IMG/VR virus record: IMGVR_UViG_3300006802_000087
Span: 1 to 64,000 of that record
Source: a virus
Strand: one strand, 5' to 3'
Length of the DNA stretch: 64,000 nt
The notes under the pieces are model-generated. The model was not told where the DNA came from. It made no database searches and saw nothing but the letters and a program-made list of their open reading frames with translations. Made by a program: the position numbers and the translations under genes. Shown one piece after another: positions 30,326 through 41,149 of this stretch. Numbering within the stretch: position 1 is the stretch's first letter; every line of letters begins with the position of its first letter.

Positions 30326-30645
30326 CAAACGATAGTAACGGCTGGGGTGAATATTCCAAACTTGTTCTAAAAGAACTAGAGACACTAGCACAAGGTATCA
30401 AAGATCTCAATGAAAGCCTCAACGACATGAAAAAAGAAATGGCTGAGATTCGAGCAAAAGAAGACAAGATCTTGGAATTAAATCGCTGGAAAGAACGGAT
30501 TGATGAGGTTGCCTCACCCACACAACTTAAAGAGCTAAAACAAGAAGTGGAAGACTTAAAGATGTTCCGCACCAAAGCTGTCACTGTTTTTGCTGTTATA
30601 CAATTTTTGATGGCAGCAGTAGTATTCGCCCAGAGGGTTTTATAA
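30322..30645 (+). CDS. Coiled-coil protein with C-terminal TM (holin/XhlA-like architecture)
   Basis: NGWGEYSKLVLKELE; hydrophobic C-terminus. Confidence 0.6.
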   Translation: MTNDSNGWGEYSKLVLKELETLAQGIKDLNESLNDMKKEMAEIRAKEDKILELNRWKERIDEVASPTQLKELKQEVEDLKMFRTKAVTVFAVIQFLMAAVVFAQRVL

Positions 30646-32681
30646 TGAGAAAAGTGAAAATAACAGAATCAAAAATAAGAAAGTTAATCAGTAACTTGCT
30701 AAATGAGTCTATTAGCGATGATGAGATTAATCAACGTATAATTGGTATTAAGGCACAGGGGTTAGCTAAAAACCCAGCTTTTGAAGCACTTCATAATTTA
30801 ACAAAGGAACTGGTATCAGATCAACAGATGAAAAATTTGATTGATGCATCTGTCTCTGTTAAATCACATACTGGAGAAGTCCCAGTATGGAACAGTCATG
30901 GTTTTGATCATAGTGACTATTGGAAATTTGTTGTTAATGTTGACCCGGCAAACAGAAGCAGCTCGGGAGGTGGATTGGCTGGAAGCTATACATATCCTAA
31001 AATTACTGAAAATTTCCGCACAGACCAAAAGCCTTTAAATTATATCTTAGAAGATATGAGGAATAGTACTTTAACACCACCAACTAGCTATTCTGGCGCG
31101 TCTATAACAATAGCAGACCAGGATATACTAACTTTCTTAGAAGACACTTCATATGTAAAATCTGTTGCTGACGGACATGAAGCTTTTGCTGCACTATTAT
31201 TTGCAAAATACCTAGACAAGAATTTCACCGTTACTCCTTCCACACAAAAAGGAATGGATTGTATTTCTGATGACGGAACCATTTCTATCGAAGTAAAAGG
31301 TTCTCAGAAGCCAGAACCTCAAACAAATTTCTCTGGTTCACTTCCCAAGTATTCAACTAATCATTTCTATTTATTCTTAGCTACAGACAGAAGTTATATA
31401 GTTAGATCTGACCTGTTAAGAAGATTTTATATGCTCTCTCAATTTAATGAAGAAGATCAAGAAGAGTCTTTTTATAGAAGATTAGTAGGAGATGGATCTT
31501 TGGCAGCCCCAGACTCATTTCCTAGACTAGGTACACTAAGAGACTTTATGATAACTGCTTCCCCAAGTGATGAAGCTTTTGACGCCATTAAAACACAAAG
31601 CTATAGCGAATTTAATGAGGCAATCAACGATCCGAACACACCGCAAGAAATTAAAGTGTTATATTATAAAATGTTGTCAGAAGTAGAAAGTCAAACTGAA
31701 ACATTGGCAGCAACTTTAATCCAGTCATTGTTTGGGTTTGAGGGAACAGAAAGAATTAATCCTCCCGATCTTAGTTTTCTAGGATTGCAAGTCTATTTAA
31801 GACCAGTGTTGAAAGGCGTAAAAAGCCAGCAAGATCCTTCTATTCCTGCTTTGACAACGGGCCTAGGCGATGGTGAAGAAAGAAGTCAAGTCTATACGCA
31901 AGGAGGAACTCTTCACCCTAATTATGTGACTTATATAAGAAGTCAAGTCAATAGTTTAGTAGAGAGAATAAAAAGCAAGTACAACTATTCTAGTGTCAAC
32001 AGAAGCTTTAAGATAAAAATACTTGCATACATTGTTACGTCAGTAAGAGAAAAAATTAATCAACTTGCCCAACAAGTTTATGCTGATATAATAGCAACAT
32101 ATGATAGTAACAATGTAACTGCAGATGTACTTAGGTCACTAAAAGATGAAGCCTTAGAGAAAAATAGCGAATATAAAGATTCTGTAGCTGCACACAAAGC
32201 TGATAAAGCCGCAAGAGAAGCAGCAATAAATGCATTGGCAGCCAGCCTATCCAATTGGTCAACAATGACTAAAGTAGCAAAAAATAAAGCAATCAAAGAT
32301 GCAGATATTAAGAAAAGTTATCCTATTCGTAAAAAGAAAAAACGTCCAACTAGCGGATATCGTTTAATTTTAATGTTACGAGATGCCGAAAAGACAGGGA
32401 CACCAATTTCAGGAACAGAATTTGGTGAAGCATTTGTAGAATCAATTACTGCTGAAATTGAACGACTCAAGGAAGAATTAACTGCTAGCATAGCTGAAGA
32501 AGCTAGTAATCTAGAGTCGACACCGATGTCGACTAGACTTTTTGAAGAAAAGGACACAAACTTATATCAATCCATACTTTCAGACCTGCAAGAAGCCTCT
32601 CGTCAGCAGCGCAGAAAACAACTCTCTAACTTAGACGAACAAAAACTGCGCGAACTCATAAGACAGACAATGCGAAAATAA
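30645..32681 (+). CDS. Large doubly tagged protein with possible PD-(D/E)xK nuclease domain
   Basis: KITESKIRKLISNLLNE; GMDCISDDGTISIEVKGS; ends LDEQKLRELIRQTMRK. Confidence 0.65.
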   Translation: MRKVKITESKIRKLISNLLNESISDDEINQRIIGIKAQGLAKNPAFEALHNLTKELVSDQQMKNLIDASVSVKSHTGEVPVWNSHGFDHSDYWKFVVNVDPANRSSSGGGLAGSYTYPKITENFRTDQKPLNYILEDMRNSTLTPPTSYSGASITIADQDILTFLEDTSYVKSVADGHEAFAALLFAKYLDKNFTVTPSTQKGMDCISDDGTISIEVKGSQKPEPQTNFSGSLPKYSTNHFYLFLATDRSYIVRSDLLRRFYMLSQFNEEDQEESFYRRLVGDGSLAAPDSFPRLGTLRDFMITASPSDEAFDAIKTQSYSEFNEAINDPNTPQEIKVLYYKMLSEVESQTETLAATLIQSLFGFEGTERINPPDLSFLGLQVYLRPVLKGVKSQQDPSIPALTTGLGDGEERSQVYTQGGTLHPNYVTYIRSQVNSLVERIKSKYNYSSVNRSFKIKILAYIVTSVREKINQLAQQVYADIIATYDSNNVTADVLRSLKDEALEKNSEYKDSVAAHKADKAAREAAINALAASLSNWSTMTKVAKNKAIKDADIKKSYPIRKKKKRPTSGYRLILMLRDAEKTGTPISGTEFGEAFVESITAEIERLKEELTASIAEEASNLESTPMSTRLFEEKDTNLYQSILSDLQEASRQQRRKQLSNLDEQKLRELIRQTMRK

Positions 32682-32744
32682 AAATGTAATATGCATATCT
32701 TTTGTTTATAATATAAGAGTAAATATTAAACAAGGGACTAACAC

Positions 32745-33542
32745 ATGTATTTAACACGCGAAGACTGCCTAGAGATCATTTCTGGCATGCAAGATTTTGA
32801 ATCACGACTTAAACAACTCTTTGGAGACTTTAATTACGACTTACACGAAAACTTAGGTAGGCGCAATATGCTACTCAGTGCTGTCCAAGAAAAAGAAACA
32901 GCACGAGTTCTACGGAAAAAGTTTAAATCAGTATTGGACGACGGTACCCCTGGTAAGCCCGACGTTGTTATCTATGACATTGACAAAGAACTCGAATGTA
33001 AATTAACATCGGGCAGCAGAAGTAATGGCACAGTATCATATTCGTTCCAGACAGACTACGCAACAATACAAAACAAAGAGAAGTTAGACTACATCTTTCT
33101 TGTTGCCAATGACGACTTTACAGAATTCTGCGCACTCTTCTTTGAAGGCTTGACGGCTGATGATTATTTTCCACCCGCTAGCGGAAGTCGTGGTAAATCC
33201 CGAATGAACAAACATAACGCCATGAAAAAAGTCAGACCACTTGTGGGGAATGTTGTTAATATCTCTGAAGAAAGAGTTGAGCAACTTTATGCAGCAATTG
33301 TAGGCAAACGCGCAGAAAAAGAGGCACGATTAAAGTCTCTACAAGAACGTTTAGAAAGTGCCTCTGATAACGCCGTCAAGTTTAAAGAAAAGACTGAACA
33401 AATCATTTTTAACGAAACAGAGCGATATGATAACGCAATTTCAAAGCTTTATGATAGCATTAGCTATTGGGCCAACAATCCAAAATACAGTCTAGAGTTT
33501 GAAAAAGTTGGTCAGGATAAAACAACCGAAGAGGCTGCATAG
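32745..33542 (+). CDS. Restriction-endonuclease-like PD-(D/E)xK protein with coiled-coil tail
   Basis: GKPDVVIYDIDKELECKLT; preceded by TGTAAT-N16-TATAAT. Confidence 0.6.
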   Translation: MYLTREDCLEIISGMQDFESRLKQLFGDFNYDLHENLGRRNMLLSAVQEKETARVLRKKFKSVLDDGTPGKPDVVIYDIDKELECKLTSGSRSNGTVSYSFQTDYATIQNKEKLDYIFLVANDDFTEFCALFFEGLTADDYFPPASGSRGKSRMNKHNAMKKVRPLVGNVVNISEERVEQLYAAIVGKRAEKEARLKSLQERLESASDNAVKFKEKTEQIIFNETERYDNAISKLYDSISYWANNPKYSLEFEKVGQDKTTEEAA

Positions 33543-33683
33543 TGAAAACAATTGTGAGGTATGTACAATTCGGTAATCGGTCTTATAAGGTGACTGAGAC
33601 GCACTGGAGAGGACCGGGAGGTTCAATCATGATTTCTAGAAAGTCAGAACCTCTCTATACAATAGAAGACATCAAGGTAAGCA

Positions 33684-34007
33684 ATGAAATACGATCACAC
33701 AGCAATAACAGTTCAAACCGAGTCACTACTGAAAAGTAATGTCAAGTGGTATTGTGATAAATACAAAGCCAAAGTCTTGCATCAAGATGATACCTGGGCA
33801 TTACTTTCTGTGTGGGGAACCAAGATTGCTTTTGTTCTACCAGAACAACATCCGCCTCATATCGCATTTCGTCTAGATAGAACACAATGGGAAGAGTTTA
33901 AAGCAGAAGGAAAACAATTTAAAAAGCATAGAGACGGTAGTGAGTCATTTTACGAGAAAGATCTGTGCGGAAATTACATGGAGTTTATATTTTGGCCAAA
34001 AGAATAG
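33684..34007 (+). CDS. VOC/glyoxalase family protein
   Basis: YDHTAITV, HIAF, FYEKDLCGNYMEFI. Confidence 0.8.
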   Translation: MKYDHTAITVQTESLLKSNVKWYCDKYKAKVLHQDDTWALLSVWGTKIAFVLPEQHPPHIAFRLDRTQWEEFKAEGKQFKKHRDGSESFYEKDLCGNYMEFIFWPKE

Positions 34008-34294
34008 AACAGATAAAAAGAGCTTGGAATAAATTCATGCTGCCTATAGATGTTGACAAAGAGAAAGATGATAAATCTTTGGCGGCATTTCTTAAAATAG
34101 TCGATGTCATGACAAATATTGGTTACGGAATATTTGCAATTGTAGCAACAATATCAATATACCTTTTTATAACTAAAGAGCTTTTATGATTAATTTATTT
34201 AAAAAAATTAAATCTCAAAGAAGAGAATATACAAAAGCTTTATTTATTATAATTGTACTTTATATTTATATATTATTAAATTTTAACAGGATGC

Positions 34295-34534
34295 ATGTAT
34301 ATGAAAGTAAAAAATAAAAGACTTATTGAATTGTTTAAGATAATAAAAGAGATTAATAGTAGTGACAATATTATTAATGTTAGGGGAGGTCGAGGATATG
34401 GATTTGGACACCCGTATCCTGTCAAGAATGGCGCAAGGCCAGTACTAGGACCGGTTGACGGTGAGACAAAAGTGCAACAAGACAAGGAGCCGGTTAAAAT
34501 AAGCAAGGCGTTTAAAAATAAAAAAAGGAAATAA
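34295..34534 (+). CDS. Small basic protein with tag-like N-terminus
   Basis: MKVKNKRLIELFKIIKE. Confidence 0.5.
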   Translation: MYMKVKNKRLIELFKIIKEINSSDNIINVRGGRGYGFGHPYPVKNGARPVLGPVDGETKVQQDKEPVKISKAFKNKKRK

Positions 34535-34729
34535 TATGTTTGACTGGTTAGAATTATACTGTCATAAAAAAGGCTATAATATTATAGATAATTGCATATA
34601 CAAAAATGACACACAAATAGGCACAATACACTTTAAAGATAAATACATACAGGTCGGAAATAACCGATTCAAACCCGGAGACTTCGCTTTGCTATTAATG
34701 GAAGACTTCGACATATTAGGAGAAGAATA

Positions 34730-35335
34730 ATGACAATTTACAGAACAGAATACGATACCCGACTTTTATATTCACAGTCATACATGGCTGATGAGAGCAT
34801 GCATGTAACAACTGATATGCATGCTGTTATGTGGACATATCCAGGTGCCACTAGTCCAACAACAACGAGAGTACGCTTAACATTTATCTATAACAAAGAA
34901 GCAAAAGGTATTTCACCAGTTCAAGGTTTACTAGAACAGTGGAAGTCAGAGGGGTGGTCTGTGATGGATGAATACTGCGATGGTTATCTAGACTTTGAAT
35001 CAGTAGACGACTTTCGTGCACACTTACTGGAAATGACTAGAAGTTTTCTCTTAGGAGTTCCATTTGGCGCAGAAGTAGAGGGGGATGTATCACCTGGTCC
35101 TAAAAAGCCTTCGCCGAACAAAGAAGTAAGAATTCCAAAAATGCCTGGATTTACATCAAGAATTGATAAAATTATTAAAAAGTCAGACGAAAAGCCATCA
35201 GCTGTGAAATCTCCTGACGAGGATGATATATATGCTAGTAGTGGTAAATCTGCTAAAGAGGATATCAAGCCTGTTGTTAAGAATGAAGATGTCAAAGATC
35301 CGAATGACGAAGATGACGACGATGATTGGATTTAA
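34730..35335 (+). CDS. Hypothetical protein with acidic tail
   Basis: 201 aa; ends DDDDDDWI. Confidence 0.65.
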   Translation: MTIYRTEYDTRLLYSQSYMADESMHVTTDMHAVMWTYPGATSPTTTRVRLTFIYNKEAKGISPVQGLLEQWKSEGWSVMDEYCDGYLDFESVDDFRAHLLEMTRSFLLGVPFGAEVEGDVSPGPKKPSPNKEVRIPKMPGFTSRIDKIIKKSDEKPSAVKSPDEDDIYASSGKSAKEDIKPVVKNEDVKDPNDEDDDDDWI

Positions 35336-35349
35336 TAGGGAGTAATAAA

Positions 35350-36615
35350 ATGGGCGGAGCAGCTGGACATATGAGGCATCCGTATGACTTAGATAGAGTC
35401 AGTGACGGGCCAGGATTAATTCAAATATTTGAAGACTTAAAAAGTTATGCAATGACTTCAGCACAAGATATCAACGTTAAGATTGACGGTGTTAATGTTT
35501 CTTTTAAGTTGGTAGGTAATGAATTCGCAGTTGACAGAGGTTCAACAAAAGAAATCGATGTGAGTGGTGTTACTCTGGCTCGTCTTCCTGAAAGATTTGG
35601 CGAGGGACACGGAATGATACCTGCTATTACAAATCTTTTAACAATACTTAACGAGGCTTTACCTAGTATCCAGCAAGAAATAAACGCACTTGGCCTCTCG
35701 TCAAACCCACACTATTTTCTAAACACTGAATATGTATTAGGTACAACTAATGCAACTTCTTACAATAACAATTTTATTGCTATTCATGGTGTTAATGCTT
35801 TTTATGCAAAGTACAAAAATCCAACTAAAGCAATGCTAGCAAAAAATCCAGGAATGGAGCCAATTATGCTCAGACCTGGATTGCCTCCTGCAGGATCCAG
35901 CAAATCTACAGAAGTGCAATACAACCCTGCAGTAATGCAATCCCTCATCCAAAAACTGAAGCCTTATGCATCCCAACACGGGTTTGATGTATATGGACCG
36001 GTGCCGACAAAAATTAAGCAAGGTGTAAATATAAACTATTCTGTTGCGCTATCTACTCCTTTTGAAGTCAACATTACTGATGAGTATTCTGATATGTACG
36101 GTCAGTTCGAACATTTACAAGGGCAGCCGATTAGTAGTTGGTTATCTGAGATAGACGAAAAACCTGCAAGATATAATGCACCTACTTATGATCGATCTTA
36201 TCGTACCACTGACGGCAAGCGTATTAACCCATATCATAAGAACACTTATCTAAGAATATTAGAGAAAGCTGAGCCTGTCGACTCATTTATTGTTGCTGAT
36301 GAATCGGGTGATGATGTCCGACAAGTAATTAACGGGGCGGTAATGTTACATGCAACACGACTTTTAGGGAATGCTTTTCTGGCAGGTTTAACGTCTGATA
36401 TTGGTGACATGGTAAGTGATGAAGCTAATCATGAGGGAGTCGTAATTAGAGATGATCAATTCTCTCCTTACCCGTTTAAGATAACAGGAGAGTTTATTGT
36501 AACAGGTATGTATGGTGTCATTGCACAGAAGATGCAACAAAATGAATCTATAATAAGAAAAATGGTGCGACAAAAAATTCGACGCACCTTGTTAGAATCA
36601 ATAAGAAGATACTAA
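35350..36615 (+). CDS. RNA-ligase-fold nucleotidyltransferase-like phage protein, C-terminally tagged
   Basis: GGAAGHMRHPYD, VKIDG (motif I), HEGVVIR (IV), FKITGEF (V); ends NESIIRKMVRQKIRRTLLE. Confidence 0.68.
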   Translation: MGGAAGHMRHPYDLDRVSDGPGLIQIFEDLKSYAMTSAQDINVKIDGVNVSFKLVGNEFAVDRGSTKEIDVSGVTLARLPERFGEGHGMIPAITNLLTILNEALPSIQQEINALGLSSNPHYFLNTEYVLGTTNATSYNNNFIAIHGVNAFYAKYKNPTKAMLAKNPGMEPIMLRPGLPPAGSSKSTEVQYNPAVMQSLIQKLKPYASQHGFDVYGPVPTKIKQGVNINYSVALSTPFEVNITDEYSDMYGQFEHLQGQPISSWLSEIDEKPARYNAPTYDRSYRTTDGKRINPYHKNTYLRILEKAEPVDSFIVADESGDDVRQVINGAVMLHATRLLGNAFLAGLTSDIGDMVSDEANHEGVVIRDDQFSPYPFKITGEFIVTGMYGVIAQKMQQNESIIRKMVRQKIRRTLLESIRRY

Positions 36616-36619
36616 TTAA

Positions 36620-37291
36620 TCATTCGAGATGTTTCATAGCGACAGGCCACAAGTCAGTCGCTATTTTTTTGCACGCCTCAGCGACATCCCTGATCTCTTT
36701 TTGTGCGCCATCATGTGTTCTTAGCTTGATAAACTTAATCAAATTATTTAGATTTGTAGTACCATAATACTCAGTGTAGAGATTTTGAGGTAATACACCG
36801 CGGGCTTGTTCTCTGCAGACGCCTGCCTCAATAAGCCTATTAAAAAGATCCAAGCTTTTTACATGATGTCTTTGAATTTCTTGGCTAGCAGTTGTTTTAT
36901 CAAAAGCCATCTCCGGATTAATTAATTGTTCTTCATTAGACGCTTGACGATTTGATTTATGTTGCGTTCTAAATTGCTGGGGCTCATAAAACTGTAGATT
37001 TAATTCTGTGTATCTTCGACTGATTTCGTTGTAAGACCATGTTCGATGACGATGGTGCTGAGAGCGAATGAAGAGAGGAACACAAAACCTAAAAGTAACA
37101 ACATTATGCTCCAGCGTGCTCGTGTGCTGATGTTTGATAAGATATCTGATAAGCTTTTCGTCTCTTTCATCTATTTCCTCTTTTTGTTTTCCGAAACTAA
37201 CACGGGCAGAATTGACAATTGTAAGGTCGTCACCCATGTGTTGAATATATTCAACACAACCAATGTTATCATCATATAGATTAATTTTCAT
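36620..37291 (-). CDS. thyX: FAD-dependent thymidylate synthase
   Basis: IVNSARVS, HRHRTWSYNEISRRY, EQARGVLP, AQKEIR. Confidence 0.96.
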   Translation of the reverse strand: MKINLYDDNIGCVEYIQHMGDDLTIVNSARVSFGKQKEEIDERDEKLIRYLIKHQHTSTLEHNVVTFRFCVPLFIRSQHHRHRTWSYNEISRRYTELNLQFYEPQQFRTQHKSNRQASNEEQLINPEMAFDKTTASQEIQRHHVKSLDLFNRLIEAGVCREQARGVLPQNLYTEYYGTTNLNNLIKFIKLRTHDGAQKEIRDVAEACKKIATDLWPVAMKHLE

Positions 37292-37377
37292 ATTTACTCC
37301 GATATTAAATTAAAGATAATTTTAACATGTTTAACTTTAATTTATAATTGTATTTTAAAGATTTAAAGGAGAAAAAC

Positions 37378-38301
37378 ATGTTAAGATATATCTTGATATT
37401 TTTAATAGGGTGCACAACAGACGTATCAATATCAAAAACCTACAAAAGTAGTGACGATACAAGCATCGCAAGAGATGACACTACTACATCAACAGAGACT
37501 GCTAATGATCCCAAGGATACTGGAGAAAGTACTTTAAGTCAAGATTTAAGTAATACTGTTGCCTATGTTGAAATGGGTCTTATGCAAGCATCCTGTCCTT
37601 ATTGTATGGGTTTGCAGCAAGAGATTAATATAACAGCCAAGGCAAGGTTTCATCAGCCTACAACTGGTGAACATACTTCTTGGCTCCCGTCACAGAGCGG
37701 ATGTCGAGACTATTACGCTTCATCTGTAACTAGTCCAAATATCAACGCTAATGGAATTGTAACATTAATCAATGATTTTGGTGATAGCGTTCAACTCCAA
37801 CAATCAGCCGATCAAACCGGTGTAATATATGAAAGCAATTTCTTTCTTGAATCTAATTTTAGAAGAAACTCATATCATACACTTAAAGTTAATAATAAAA
37901 CAGCACAGGATGTAATTCAGACACTTAGAGGTTTTGACTATGTTGAACCATATACAATGCTCTATGTTGATCCTAGCTATGCTTTCCAAGCACCCATCAA
38001 TCGATACGGAAACAACTTATTTACTTGGGGTCCCAGTGGTGACAACAATAGTTTTTTTACAATTCACATTTCAGTCTACAGCTATGATGGAAGCCAGTAT
38101 TATGGAACAGTTATTTGCAGATCAGAAGACGTGGGATCGATGTCAATCCCGGGATCTTATTTTCAACAATATCAGCAAGGAAGTCTAGTATCAATTCATC
38201 TTATGCGCCACAGAATATTTAAAAAAGAATATGAAGACTTTTACGGAACGATTGAAGGTTATAGTTGGTGGGAAGTTATTGGAACGGGTTATATTCAATA
38301 G
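37378..38301 (+). CDS. Putative lipoprotein
   Basis: MLRYILIFLIGC lipobox-like signal, D/T-rich linker. Confidence 0.65.
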   Translation: MLRYILIFLIGCTTDVSISKTYKSSDDTSIARDDTTTSTETANDPKDTGESTLSQDLSNTVAYVEMGLMQASCPYCMGLQQEINITAKARFHQPTTGEHTSWLPSQSGCRDYYASSVTSPNINANGIVTLINDFGDSVQLQQSADQTGVIYESNFFLESNFRRNSYHTLKVNNKTAQDVIQTLRGFDYVEPYTMLYVDPSYAFQAPINRYGNNLFTWGPSGDNNSFFTIHISVYSYDGSQYYGTVICRSEDVGSMSIPGSYFQQYQQGSLVSIHLMRHRIFKKEYEDFYGTIEGYSWWEVIGTGYIQ

Positions 38302-38347
38302 GAATTTATATTTTCTTAAAGATATATAATTATACGACAGAGGCTCT

Positions 38348-38863
38348 ATGAGAATATCTAGGAAAAATCTTAAAAATTTAATTGAAACATATCTTTACGA
38401 GCAGGAAGAAGACGCTGAAGAGTTGGAGGCTGATGCTGAAGTTGAAGAAGAACCGGAAGAGTCCGAAGACACTGAAGAAACTGATGCTGAAGAAACTGAT
38501 GCTGAAGTTGAAGAAGAACCGGAAGAAGAATTCAAGCCTGTCAAAGGGATACAAATTGAAATTGATGGTAGAGTTCGAACTATAGATTTTATCTTAGATA
38601 AAGGGTCGAAAGAATTAAACTATAAAGTTGACGGTCAGACTGTACCGAACAAAGACATGTCTTCTTTTGTATCTTTAGCTGCTCTAGGATTAATGCAAAC
38701 TAAAGATAAAAATAAACAAGACAATCTTTTAAAAATAATGAAGTTAAATAAAGAATTTAGTTCAGCATCTATTGAAAGAGCAAAGCAGATGATTAAACAA
38801 AAATTAGATACAGAAAGGCTAGGTTTTGGAATTAAAGATATTAAAAAAGCATTAGGCGACTAA
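38348..38863 (+). CDS. Tagged protein with acidic repeat
   Basis: MRISRKNLKNLIETYLYE; DAEVEEEPEE twice. Confidence 0.72.
   Translation: MRISRKNLKNLIETYLYEQEEDAEELEADAEVEEEPEESEDTEETDAEETDAEVEEEPEEEFKPVKGIQIEIDGRVRTIDFILDKGSKELNYKVDGQTVPNKDMSSFVSLAALGLMQTKDKNKQDNLLKIMKLNKEFSSASIERAKQMIKQKLDTERLGFGIKDIKKALGD
38430..38526 (+). repeat. 31-bp intragenic direct repeat
   Basis: ctgatgctgaagttgaagaagaaccggaaga at 38430 and 38496. Confidence 0.85.
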
Positions 38864-39389
38864 GGATTAAAGTGTGCCTCCTATTAGAAAACTCACATTA
38901 AATGATTTGTTTAATTTAAAAAGAAGAGAGACTAAAAAAAAAGTTGAGGCAAATCCTGGCGATTTAATTAAAATTTACATAGACAATCAGGAAATAATAG
39001 TAATTGTTATTTCAATGGATGAAAATTCTTTAGAGGTCAATGATCCTAGCGGTAAAATAAAATGGATATCTAGATTTGTAAAGTATAAAAAAATTTAGTA
39101 TTATATGTTCAACATTAAGAGGTTGAACAAAACATGACCAAATCAAAAGATAAAGAATTAAAAAAACTTGATGCTTATAAACCCGGTGATTTCTGCTATT
39201 ATCTAGACAATTATAATAAAATATCTTTTGCTGAAATTAAACATGTCAGACAGACTGATTCAGGTGAATATTACTATGAAGTAATCGATCAAAAACAGTA
39301 TAGATTTATAACTGTTGAACATCGATATTGTGCTGATGAAGAAAAATTACTTAAAAAGAAAAAGAGGTCAGATCTGCAAGGAGAGTATA

Positions 39390-39794
39390 ATGGAAAATAA
39401 TGACATAAATATAGGTAAAATAATAGGTGAATCGATAGTCGATGTCCTTCGTCACAAGGTTAAGCAAGAAAATATTGCTGATGTAGTAAAAGAAAAATTA
39501 GACGATGCAATCAAGCATCGTAGTGATATCATTAAAGAGACAACGGAAAAGTTTTCTGAAACGTTTAAAAAACTTGCTAAAGACGAAGAAATAAATCATC
39601 CTTCGCACTACGGTGGAGATACTACTTATGAAGTGATTAAAGTGCTTGAAGCATGGGAATTAGGTTTCCACCTAGGTAACGTTATAAAATATGTAGTCAG
39701 AGCAAACAAAAAAGATCCTAAAAAAGAATTACAAGATCTAAGAAAAGCGCAATGGTACTTAGAAAGATATATTGAAAGTAAAATTGTAAAGTAA
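39390..39794 (+). CDS. DUF3310-like protein
   Basis: INHPSHY, FHLGNVIKYVVRA, DLRKAQWYL. Confidence 0.85.
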   Translation: MENNDINIGKIIGESIVDVLRHKVKQENIADVVKEKLDDAIKHRSDIIKETTEKFSETFKKLAKDEEINHPSHYGGDTTYEVIKVLEAWELGFHLGNVIKYVVRANKKDPKKELQDLRKAQWYLERYIESKIVK

Positions 39795-39845
39795 AATGTA
39801 ACACTTTATTATGGTGTATATAATAAAAAAGTCAATGGAGGAACA

Positions 39846-40076
39846 ATGACAGACGAACTTAAAAAATTTATTGATAAATATAAGGCTATCGAAAACGAAA
39901 TCAAGTCTTTACAAGAAGATAAAAAGATTCTGATTGAAGATCTTAAAGATAATCATGGTATTTCACCTAAGGTCATTCGAAAAGCGATACAAGTTGCAAA
40001 AATTCGAACAGGAATGGGCGATGAAATTGTTCAACTTGACAATATCGTAGAACAATTAGAAGGGAGCATTGTATGA
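39846..40076 (+). CDS. GapR/DUF2312-like (T4 DsbA-like) DNA-binding protein
   Basis: ELKKFIDKYKAIENEIKSLQEDKK...GISPKVIRKAI. Confidence 0.65.
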   Translation: MTDELKKFIDKYKAIENEIKSLQEDKKILIEDLKDNHGISPKVIRKAIQVAKIRTGMGDEIVQLDNIVEQLEGSIV

Positions 40077-40559
40077 TTGAATCATCACGTGAGGTAACTG
40101 TGAAAGGTTACGCAAATAAAAAACACAAATTCTCTATTGAACGTACTAAAGTCGGCGGTCATGAGAGTGTTCATGTTAAAAAGAACGGAAATATTGTTGT
40201 GACATGCACACCAAAAGAATTTATCAAACTTAAAATATTATTTTGTGAGGACTAAAAATGTCAAAATGGAAAGAGATTAATCGATATAGAATAGGCAACA
40301 CTGAAGGGAAAACAGAAGAAATCCTCCTAGAAAAAGATAGTGAAGGTAATTTTAGAGTAATCAACGATTATGGAAATAAATCTTTTGAATTTGAGAGAAT
40401 GTCAGGACATGAATTTTTTAGAAAGGTTGATAGAGATATTTCCGAAGATTTAGAACGAGAATTTAACCATATTTGGAACACAGATGTTGAAGAACCAACT
40501 GTCTATGACGACAATAACAATAATTGCATAGGCGATATTCCAGGAGACGAGGATTAATT

Positions 40560-41135
40560 ATGGGAAACTTTACAACAGCGAAGGCAGTTACTTTTTTAGA
40601 TATTGAAACAACACATTTAGACCCTAAAAAGTCTACAGTCTTAGAAATATCATTTATTACTGATTGGGAAGATGGAAATACAGATACTTGGACAACAAAG
40701 ATCAAACCCAAGCCTATTGAATTAGAGTTTGCTTCGAAGGAAGCACTCGAAATATGCGGATATACCGACGAGGAATGGGAAGATGCACCGTCATTTGAAG
40801 AAGTTGCTGATACAATTGCAAATAAACTAAGATTTGGCCCACTTGTCGCACACAATATTGATTTTGATATTAGTCACCTCACAGCTGTCTTTGAAAGATA
40901 CGGTTACAAAAGGTGGACTCGAGAAGCTAAAGAAGGTGACAAAACTTATAGCTTTGGCTATCCTAAGATCGATACTTGTGCATTGTCATACCTATTCCTT
41001 CCGACAGATCGACAAAACTTAGACTCACTGAGAGAGCATTTTGATATATCAAAAGATGGAGCTCATACTGCAGCAAAAGATGTGGAAGACTGTCGAACAG
41101 TATTTTATAATATTATCTCTGAAACAACCAAATAG
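40560..41135 (+). CDS. DEDDh 3'-5' exonuclease
   Basis: DIETT, AHNIDFD, IDT, HTAAKDV. Confidence 0.9.
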   Translation: MGNFTTAKAVTFLDIETTHLDPKKSTVLEISFITDWEDGNTDTWTTKIKPKPIELEFASKEALEICGYTDEEWEDAPSFEEVADTIANKLRFGPLVAHNIDFDISHLTAVFERYGYKRWTREAKEGDKTYSFGYPKIDTCALSYLFLPTDRQNLDSLREHFDISKDGAHTAAKDVEDCRTVFYNIISETTK

Positions 41136-41149
41136 TCTAGGAGATTTCA

